The notes below the pieces were generated by a model. That model did not search any database. It was not told the origin of the DNA and was given only the letters and a program-made list of their open reading frames with translations. Positions 12,151 through 24,988 of a stretch of DNA of 37,504 nt are shown in pieces; the first letter of the stretch is position 1, and each line of letters starts with the position of its first letter. Both the position numbers and the translations under genes were made by a program. Origin of the DNA: Ministeria vibrans ATCC 50519 (taxonomy: Eukaryota > Protista > Filasterea); assembly GCA_943704425.1 (NCBI GenBank), contig CALSCP010001392.1:1-37504 (forward strand). Reading direction: 5' to 3'.

Positions 12151-13569
12151 TTAATCTGTTTGCTCGAGTCGAACTTTTTCAGCCTGCTCAGCCTGCTCAT
12201 TGATGAGGGACTGCTGCGAGGCAACCTGTAAAAGAGCATCAAGAGGGCTGCTGGAGAAGTTGCTGGCGCCCGTGAGTTGACCAGGTGTAAAAGGGGGGAA
12301 CTCGACACCTTTGAGGTCGGCAGGAGTACCCACGCCCGGTGTGATGTTGCCGATGCCAGGGGTGGTGTTGCCTGAGGCGTTAGTGGGCAGCGATGGCGCG
12401 GAAGTAGTCTTTGTGGTGATGGTAGTAGTGGTGGTGGTAGAGGTCATCTGTTGCATGCGCATCATAAGGGACTGGTCGCCAGGCGTCATGACACTCGACG
12501 ACGGCGGAAAGACGCGTCCGAGTGGTGTCATTTTGGGCATGGATCGGTTGTCGGCAAGCAGCGCAGCCGACTCGCTGGTACCGGTGATGTTGGCCGGGTA
12601 GCCGTTGGGAGTAGGAATGTTGAGCTGGAGTGTGCCGCCACGACTGCTCGCCACCATTAGAGCACGACTCCTCAGACGCGAACTGCCCGTCGAGCTGGCG
12701 GAGCACGATGAAGACGCCCTCTCGCGCTGCGGCTGCTCTTGTGTCTGTTGTTGTTGTTGTTGTTGTTGTTGCTGCTGCTGCTGCTGCTGCTGATGTTGTT
12801 GCAGTTGGCGCGCAATGAATGCAGCGTTCTTTCCTGTCATGGGACGTGCCCGAGACTCGGTGGGAACAGGCGCGTCGTCGTCGTCGTCGTCCTGGTGGTG
12901 GTCATGAAAGTGCGCCATAGCCTTGCGTGCAGCAACCCTTTGCTGCCGTGTACCCACAGATCTCTGTCGTGCTGTTGTAGCGCGTCCCGTTTCACCCCCA
13001 TTGGCAATGTCGTCGTTGGTGTTGTCATCGTCTTCGTCGTAGCCATCGCTCAATTGTTCATCCCCATTCCCATACCCTTCCTCTCGCTTCAACTTCTTCC
13101 TTCTCCGTCCCCCACCACTCCCTTGGCCTGCTCCTCCTCCTCCTCCTCCTCGCTTCGTTTTTCCCGTTCGTCCCCGTCCCCCGCCCCCCTGTGACGAAGC
13201 CAGTGCCGCAAGCGAGGCCAGTGAGCGCCCATTGATATCGCCCCCCTGAGGCCACCCAGGCCCCCCTGTTCCCGGTTCATTCCCCTGACTACCACCACCA
13301 CTAACACCACCACCACCACCACCATCGACGCCATTCGAATGGTCACTCATCAGATGATGGAGCAGGTCACCCTGCTTGAGCCCCGTCTTGTTGCACCGTC
13401 TGCACGTGTACAAGTTGCCTCGATGGCCTTCGACACAAGTTAACGAACACAGCTCCATCGCCTCCAGATGCGACGCAATCTTGCTGTTCGTGCAGATAAT
13501 TCCATCCTTTGACGTGTTCGGGTATTCGCATTGTTGCGGACAGTACAGAGTGTACAGTGGAGAGCTCCT

Positions 13570-13614
<45 letters not shown>

Positions 13615-15007
13615 GATAATGTAAATACATTCAATTTGAATAGGTACATATTAAATACCTAAGATGAATCCAGTGTGGACGACCACTGCGCACATACTTG
13701 CCGTTGCGACATGCCTCACAATTCGCCGACACATGTGCCTCAATCTGTCGGTCGACAGCCGCGACGGCTTCTCGTCCAGCGACCGAAGACGGATCAAATC
13801 TGACCACACACAATAAAAAATAAGAACCGCAGACGCTTAATATTCTCATGTCTTACCTATCTAAAAAATGACCATCGTCACCGAGCGGCCGTCGCTCAAA
13901 CATATCCTGAGAGAGAGATACAACAACACCGTGCGCCTGAGAAAAAAGAGGGAGAGAGGGAGAGTGAGAGAGTGAGAGAGAAAGGAGGGAGAAAGAAACA
14001 AAGTGAGTGAGAGAGAGAAAGGAGGGAGAGAGAGAAAAAGGAGAGAGAGAGAAAGGAGAGAGAAAGAAACAAAGTGAAGAGAAAGGAGGGAGAGAGAGAG
14101 AGAGAAAGGAGAGAGAAAGAAACAAAGTGAAGAGAAAGGAGGGAGAGAGAGAGAGAGAAAGGAGGGAGAAAAAACAAAGTGAGAGAGAGAAAGAAGGGAG
14201 AAAAAACAAAGTGAGAGAGAAAGAAGGGAGAAAAAAACAAAGTGAGAGAGAGAAAGAAGGGAGAAAAAAACAAAGTGAGAAAGAAAGTAGAAAGAAACAA
14301 AGAGAGAGAAAGTAGAGGAGAAAGAAGCAAAGTGTTTGTGTACCTTATTGAAACACAAATTGTACTGATAGTGCTTGTTGATGAGCGTGTGGTCGGAACA
14401 ACCGTGCTTGGCTGGCCCACTGCGAACGGGTCTATGCATCAGCAGACTGGAAAAGAGAGACAGTGCGCATTAAACAAAGCACAAAGACACAATAAACGGC
14501 CGAAAAACCGCTCAAGACACACTGGTCGACACCCATCAGGGTCAATAGGATGATACAGCCACCAATCAGGGCAGTCAGGTTGCAACCCCGTGGAGGGGGG
14601 GTGCCCAGGAAGGCGAGAGTGGGGTGGTTGATACGAAAAAAAAAAAAAAAAAGAGCGAATGACGTTCAGTTGGGCCGTTTGGACCATCCTTACACTTCAT
14701 CGTGCGTGCGACCAGAAGGCACTCGTCTTCTTCCTGTGGTTGGCGGAGCGGGATCCGCATTAGTCGCCTAGGAGATGAACAAAACGAAGTTTAGAGTTTT
14801 TTCGGTTGAACGAAAAAAAAACGGTTTTTCAGAAAGTCGAAAAGTGAACAAAGAAGAGAGAGAGAAAAAGAGAGAAAAAGAGAAAAAGAGAGAGAGAGAG
14901 AGAATGAAGGATGGGACCTGGGTGGCGAGGTGGGCGGCCTCGGCGTTGATGAAGTGGAGGAGGCCGCCGGAGAGGGCACGCGCGGGGTCGGGACTCTGCT
15001 GGCTCAT
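12151..15007 (-). CDS. Putative nuclear Cys/His-rich (C2H2-type finger) protein with Gly-rich, acidic and polyQ low-complexity C-terminal half
   Basis: Five short upstream exons (start MSQQSPDP at 15007) splice in phase to a long last exon. That exon contains YTCRRCNKTGLKQGDLLHHLMSDH, an NLS-like RRRKKLKR, and polyQ and polyT tracts. Confidence 0.65.
13945..14335. repeat. Purine-rich minisatellite array in intron (unit ~GAGAGAAAGGAGGGAGAAAGAAACAAAGT)
   Basis: Repeated ACAAAGTGA cores separated by GA-rich tracts. The same unit recurs at ~970-1005 (reverse), 5630-5670, 7530-7620 and 28930-29065. Confidence 0.85.
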
Positions 15008-15425
15008 GGGGGGACGGAGGGAGGCACGCTCACTCTCTCACGCACTCGCACACGCACTCGCTCGCTTGCTCGATCGCACACACGCGGATGGATGATGGGA
15101 GGCGCCGAAAGACTGTGCTGACGAAAGTGATTAACTGATTATCATGATCAAACCTCAAATTGATTTCTGATTGTGCATGGCTTTGTCGGCAGGTTCAGGC
15201 GACCATGGCCCCCATGCATGTCCACTGCCCAGAGCCTACAGCCCTACACTGGCAGGAAGGCCCTCATCCGCGGCGCAGAAGATGTGTGAAGATCAAAGTC
15301 AAAAATCACAATTAATCACAAATACAAACTCAAAAGTCAAAAGTCAAAACGTCTTAATAGACAAATATTTTCGTGCTTCGGGATCGTGTCGGTATCCGCC
15401 TTGCTCGGACTCCACGGACTGTCCC

Positions 15426-18400
15426 ATGTCGGCGGCGATTCGAGACGCGTCGTGTGCGCTGTTGGCGATTCTGCTGTTTGCGGTTGTCGCTGTTGCGCCC
15501 GCCTCTGCCGCTCCCTGTGCCCTCCAATGCTTCAACGGTGGGTCCTGCAGCACCTCTGCCGCATCGTGTGTCTGTTCTGCTGACTTTACGGGAACGCAAT
15601 GCGAGACAATGTTGGGTCAGACTCAAAACATGTTTTTTTTTTTTTTTTTTTTTGTCGTTCTCTGTTATTTTTTTATGTGTACCATTGAGATTGCCTCACT
15701 CGATAGCGATTGCACTTGTGCTTTTGTTGTTGATCCTGGTGACTGTATCATGAATAAATGGGTTGTATTCTTCTTCTTCTTCTATTTTTTTATGTGTCTT
15801 GTGTGAGTGTGTGTGTTTGACACTGAACGTTCTGTCATATTCTCCTCTCTCCTCTTCTACGATAGGCTCCTGTCCAAACTCACCTTGTGGACCTGGAGGG
15901 CTCTGCCAGGATACATCCGCAACATTCCCCATGTCGATTGAGTGCGTATGCGATGCAGGATTTACTGGGGTCAAGTGCGAGCATGTCGTTGGTTCGTGTG
16001 ACGCGACGCCGTGCCAGTACGGGGGCACTTGCAGCGACACCAGCGAACGTGGTGTCGTCGCCTGCGCGTGCTCCGCGGGTTTCTATGGCCCCGCATGTGC
16101 CTCACAAGTTGCCCAATTTGCTTGTGTATCGTCTCCTTGTCAACGAGGTTCTTAGCGACAAACTTATTTCTTTTCTCTTCTCACACCTCTGCTTTATTTC
16201 ACACACACAATTTATTTTGTAGGCACTTGCTGGTCTAGTTCTGCCTCTTCCTACATCTGTTTGTGTCCTATTAGTCACACAGGCATCAACTGCGAGACGG
16301 CATTGTCTAGTACCGTCTGTGATCTATCGCCGTGTCTCAACGGCGGCACCTGCTCGACAGCGCCCACAACGCCAAGTGGGTTCACATGCACCTGTGCCCA
16401 GGGTTTCACGGGCACTACCTGTCGCGACCTCCTGGGTGAGTGTACCGTGTCCCTCCGCAACCCATGTGACCCAGCCAACTCATGGTGCCTGCAGTCAGTG
16501 ACGTCTCCCGGCGTCGTCAATTGCCAGTGTGATTTTGGCGCGACGGGCATCACTTGCTCAGAGTAAATATAATTATTCTCATTATAATCTTCTTTTGTGT
16601 ATTCTTGACATGCAAATCAACATTTTTAGGGCTATTGGAGACTGTGCCTCCGTGACAACATGTAGCAATGGAGGCACGTGCGTGTCACGAGGCGCCGGGA
16701 CCATTGCTTGCGAGTGTGCCAGTGGGTTCACGGGACTGCGCTGTGCTGCAAGTGTGTCAGATTCGTGTGCGTCGCAGCCCTGTGTGAATCGTGGCAGTTG
16801 TGTGCCGCTCAATGCAACGGCTTTTGTGTGCCATTGTGCCCCAGGATTTGCCGGCGATCAGTGTGAGCTTAATGTCGACGAGTGTGCTTCATCGCCGTGT
16901 GGACTCAACGCAACCTGTGTCGACGGTACAAACGGCTTCACGTGCGACTGCGACGCAGGCCTTACTGGCCCCGACTGCGCTCATGTGCTCGGTGACTGTA
17001 GCACTTCGAGCGATGCGCCCTGTGCAGTCTTTGGCATCTGTGTGCAAGTGTCGGCGGGCGTACTCAGGTGCGAGTGTGTCGCCAACGCAACGGGCGTCCT
17101 CTGTGGCCAAATGCCCAGCGCAAACTGCACCACACACAATCCGTGTCAGAATCAAGGTAGATGCTCGCAGTACTCTTCGCGCGCAGTTTCTTGTGCCTGC
17201 TCAGCAGGCTACAAGGGCGCCGACTGCTCGCTGGCCTTTGGCGCCTCAGGTTCGTCTTTGCGCACCGGCGATCCATGCACATCGTCGCCCTGTCAGAACG
17301 GTGGATTCTGTTTGCGCCAGGAGACCGCCTACACGTGCGTGTGTGGCCCGGCATACGCCGGCTCCCATTGCGAGCTAATCTTTGGCACATGCAATGCATC
17401 ACCGTGTACCCAGTCGGGCCAGTGCGAGACGGTCGCCGCTAACCTTGTTCGCTGCAACTGTGATGCACGGTACACGGGCGGCCGCTGTGAGCTGGTCGTG
17501 GGCACGTGCGATGTGTCAACGACGCCCTGTTGGAACAACGGAACGTGTGCGGTCGCCCCACAGCAGAGCAACACAGCCACCTGCGAATGTCACAGTCACT
17601 ACGACGGCCCCGGCTGTGCCAACTTCATATGGGGCATATGCAACAGTTCGCCGTGTCAGAACCGCGGAAACTGTCACGCCGTCAGCCTCTCCGAGTTTCG
17701 CTGCAACTGCTCAGACGCTTTCACAGGCGATTTGTGTGAGACTGATATTGACGAAGTATATCAGCAAGAGAAAAAGAAGAAAAGAAAACAAGAAAGAAAG
17801 ATGACCTTCTCATTCCCTCTAAAATTTACGCGTAGTGTGCGTCTTCGCCGTGTCAAAATGGCGCGACCTGTTGGGACTTTCCAGGCGCATTTCAATGCCA
17901 ATGCCCTGCCGGTGCCTTTGGCCCACTGTGTCTGGTGGTGGAGCCGCTTCTATTTGCGGTAACGGCTCCCTCTGATTCACCAAGCTCCACAACGAGTCTC
18001 ACGTGGATTGTCGCGGTTGCTGTGGTCTTGGCCCTCTTGATGGTTGCTGTTGTGTTCACACTCATGTACCGTCGTGGACGTGGCAAGACGAGTGGACGTC
18101 GCGTGCGTGCGGTACAAAAGGTCAACAGCAATGAGAGTGCGCAGATGCTTGCGCGCCGGTCAACGCCACTCGTTGGTGAAGACGACGCCGAGATGCATTT
18201 GTCTGGCAACTTTCGTATGCAGCAGAATCCAACGTTTCACGCCCAAGGCGCTGTGTCGCGCAGTGGCAGCGACTGTAGTGCTGGACAGAGCAGCACTGGC
18301 ATGATGGAGAGTAATCCGCTCCTAAGCATGCCGGCGCCGTCCATTCCTGCATCACGCACGAAAACAACCAAAAAGGCCGCCGACCCTGCCCTCAACAAGG

Positions 18401-20097
18401 GTCTCAAGGACCTTTTTGGAGAGTACGTCTTGCGCGATACGTCTTTGCCGTCGCAGCGCGATCAGGTAGTCGAGGTGGGTGAGGACGTGGGTACTCTCGC
18501 AGTGCTGCACTCGTACGAGGAGATGGCCTACTCGCAAGTCACTGAGAATACTCCAGTGGCGGTCAGCAACAGACCAGCTCCACCCAAACGACGTACGGCC
18601 CCAATTAGCAATGTCATGGGTCTCGCTGCGCCACCCGAGCTGCCACCACTTCGTGTTGGCGCAACAACTGCAACTACTTCTGCTGCTGCTGCTGCTACTG
18701 CTGCTGCTGCTTCGACACCGACGACGTTGACAACTGCAGCCCCACCACACCATCTTGTGGGTGCTCTACAAAGCCTTTTTGGCGAGGATGCGGTGAGCGC
18801 GAGCGTCGTGGTGAACGATGTACCACCTGAGCCAGCGGTCGAGCCAGTGTCCAAGTCGACAACGAAGCACGCAGGTGAACGCTCTCGCGACTCTATCATT
18901 CGCGGTCTGTTTGGTGACGAAGATGAGTCGGAGGCGAAAAGATCGCCCAGCAAAGTCGATATGAGTGAGACGAGCGTGGTGTCTTCAAAGGACCAAGTCT
19001 TGGCGTTTATGAAGACAGAGCTAACGTCGGAACGTGCAAATGCCGAGGTTGAGGGCGAGTTTGAGTCCGGTAGCAGTCGTGAAGTCGTGAATGCAGACTA
19101 TGGAGCGCTGCCCGAGTTGTCCCGACCTTCCATTTCGACTGCTGTCGAGAATGCCGAGTATGCCGGGCTGACAGGCAGTCCTCACGCAGATCGTGGTCGT
19201 GTTGTGGACAATGACGATTGCGACGCAGTTGAGCAGGAGGTGCCCCAGAGCAGCAAGAGTAACTCTGCCGCTTCCACTGACGATGATAATGACGATGACT
19301 GCGATGATGATGATAATGATGCCCTCGTTGACAGCATGCTCGAAACTGGGCGTGTCATGGTGGATCCAGAATATGCCGAAGTGAATGCCAAAACGGGCTC
19401 TGTCAAGACGAAGGATGAACAAGGCTCGGCAGTGGGCAAGATGGTTACCAACACGGGCTATCGCTTGCTGGCACCGACCGAGAGTCAGAGTGCGACGACC
19501 GTGAGCGGCAAGAAGCCAAGTGCGGGCTATTCGTTGGTGGAAGGAGTCAGTGAGTTTGAGGCAGCCGTCACGCCTGATGCCCGTGGTGATTCAGTTGCTA
19601 CTTCCGCTGTACTTGCCGTTGCGGTAGATGCAAAAGAGAAAAAGCCAAACGCAGGCTATTCTCTAGTCGAGGGGGTGAGTGAATTTGAGCCGGTGGCAAC
19701 AAGTGAGAGCGTGGGCGAGAGAGCGGCGAGTTGGATGGCAGTGACTGCTGATGCATCGGACAGTGTGACGCATGAAGTGCGCCCAGGCGTCAGCGCTGGG
19801 TACTCACTGGTCGAGGGCGAGAGTGAAGTTGCTGCAAATGACGGTGAAGAGAAGGAGTCGCCTACCACTCTTCTACAAGCGCCACCGTCAATGGACTCCC
19901 TCGATGATGACAACGAGGCGGAAGAAGCGGACGCGACACCTGTGGCGGTGACTATCTCCGATGGATCTCAAGTCGTTCGCTGTCTGTTTGGTGACGACTC
20001 AGACGAAGACACACCTGCTGCTGTCAAGGGACGTCCTCTCTCCGACATGGTTGGCCTTTTTGGTGATTTTGGTCAAGTTGGCTCTGACGACGTCTGA
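15426..20097 (+). CDS. Type-I membrane protein: signal peptide, 16 Notch-type EGF repeats, TM helix, ~675-aa disordered cytoplasmic tail
   Basis: Signal peptide MSAAIRDASCALLAILLFAVVAVAPASA. Four in-phase introns (first 15616-15865). 16 six-Cys EGF units, two of them calcium-binding type (NVDEC, DIDEC). TM segment LTWIVAVAVVLALLMVAVVFTLMY (~17998-18069) followed by a basic RRGRGK stop-transfer. TGA ends at 20097. Confidence 0.9.
15681..15782 (+). mobile_element. Short non-LTR retroelement copy A (5'-truncated), in intron 1 of the EGF gene
   Basis: High identity to ~30625-30723, with AATAAA and a (TTC)n tail. Flanked by the exact 15-bp direct repeat TATTTTTTTATGTGT (15666-15680 and 15783-15797). 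Confidence 0.85.
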
Positions 20098-20244
20098 AAC
20101 ATGTATTATAAAAATTATGTAATAATAATTTTAGTAAAACACAAGTAAAACTTTATTATTATTGTATTGTTGAAAATAGGATACGCATTCCTTGACCAAG
20201 CAAAGACGTATAAAGTATTATATTAGTATCAGTGTGCTACCCAT

Positions 20245-21481
20245 TTAGTTCCACCTCCGTTCAGAGACAAAGGCCTCCAATGCGCGACCCAGCAAGTGTG
20301 CCTTGGCGACGTTGACCACAAATGGCGCATGTGCCCCGTCTTGGCTTGCCAGTGCTTCACACGTCTCATCTGCGCTCTGCACAAGCGGTGTCATGTCGAG
20401 TGTCGGTATTCCGCGCTCTGCAAGCCACGCACCCATTCCCTGCATGAAACTGCTCTGAATTTCCGCGCTCTGCCTCGCCTATAAGAAGAAAGTTACCACC
20501 ATTATATACTAATGACGATGATTGTCAGTGTTCTGCTCTCCTTCTCTTTAAGGCACACCTGATGATTGTCAGAAGTATGCCTTCCTGCGCCATGCAGGCC
20601 TAAAAAGATAACGCGCGAGGCTCGCTCTCGCTGCTCTGCCTCTGTGTCGCCGCCAATGGACTCATAGAGGCGTGCAAGCATCGCAGGTGGCTCCACCGCC
20701 TCGTCTGACGGTCGTCTATGCCAACCAGTCAGGTTCAAATGGAGTCCGCCCACAACAATGACCATGCCTCGAGGCTTGTCTAGCACCTCAGCAACGCCAG
20801 GTGGGTTGCTGCGCGCTCCACTACGAGTGTACAGGCATTCCCAAAACTTGAGCTTCACCGGACGCTCCATTCCCTCAACGCCATCACAGAAAGGTTTCCC
20901 TTTGCCTGCCGTCGCAAGTGCCTCGCGGCATGTGTAGTCATTTGGCATTCGCCCATCCTACCAACATGAATAGTGTATGATTGTTGTTATGAGCGAATGT
21001 AACAAACCAAGTCCTTCATAATGCTTATTATTATTCTTATTGTGATTGACTTCCTTACTTTGGCATTCAAAACGCAAAGCTTTTGCTGTTCCTTGCTCAG
21101 AGACGTGCTGTACATCAGATCGTCCAAAGTGTACGCGGGCGAGTCTCGTGCAAGGATCATTGCAAAGGTCCCAAAAAGCTGACGTGCGATCGAATCACCG
21201 ACAAAGTAGACTTCGTCAAATGTAGAGATAATGTGACAGAGCTCATCTTGTTTTGCCGGTTGCAGAGAAGGAGGCCATTGCAGCGATGTGTGCTGGTCAC
21301 GGCATGTCCATGGGTTGTTGTCGCGCAGCGTCTTGATCCACGACGCGAGACTGTCAGACGAGAGTCGAAGCGGGGGAGAAACAATACGCACACAAGCAAA
21401 GTCTGCAGAGCACACGGACACTACCCATGCAGCAATAGCCATGCTACTGACAAGTACTACAATTGCAAAGCGGCGATTCAT
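20245..21481 (-). CDS. Membrane-anchored or secreted SGNH / PC-esterase-like acylesterase, 3 exons
   Basis: Exons 21481-21059, 20957-20559 and 20478-20245 are in phase. N-terminal hydrophobic anchor, VYFVGDSIARQLF (GDS nucleophile motif), GGLH, C-terminal DGAH (DxxH). Confidence 0.75.
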
Positions 21482-21779
21482 ACAAATTTGATAAATAATG
21501 AAACGAACAACGATTTATTCCATTATGATTATTTTTAAGAATATAATTAATAATAATAATAATTATTATTATTATTATGAATAATTTTAATAACAATAAT
21601 ATTAATATTTTTTTTCTTTCGGTCTTTCAGGGGAGTATGCAACTCGGAGGATTCACAGCTCAGACGAGAACTCAAGAGAATAAACTGAGGCAAAATAAGG
21701 CAGTGGCACGTCAAGAGCGGACGCTTGTCCACTGCGGCAAACCAATGTTGACACAAAAACAAAGTATATTACAGTTGTA

Positions 21780-24763
<2,984 letters not shown>

Positions 24764-24988
24764 CACAAACTACCGACCTACCAAGGGTTGCGCTCAAAGA
24801 AACAGAAGTAACTTCTTGTCACCGTTTTTTGGTGATTGCGTGATTGAAATTCTGCTGCTGATCAATATTGAGAACTTTATTGATTATTCCATTATTAATT
24901 TATTATTTCCCTGCCTCCTCTTGCACGAATCTTCTTTTCTGGCGCTTGCTCCTGTCTCGTTCGTCTCCACCTCGTCTGGTTCGGCTCG

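Noticed and set aside
13853-14439. Several Phe/Leu/Ser-rich or Glu/Arg-rich ORFs
   Set aside because: These are translations of the intronic GA/CT minisatellite.
14432-14693. GC-rich intron interior as a possible intronic snoRNA
   Set aside because: No convincing C/D box pair with terminal stem, or H/ACA two-hairpin layout, could be identified by eye. An Infernal/Rfam scan would be needed.
15426-20097. Calling the EGF protein Notch, Delta or Crumbs
   Set aside because: It has no LNR/ANK, DSL or laminin-G domains and no Crumbs-type ERLI tail.
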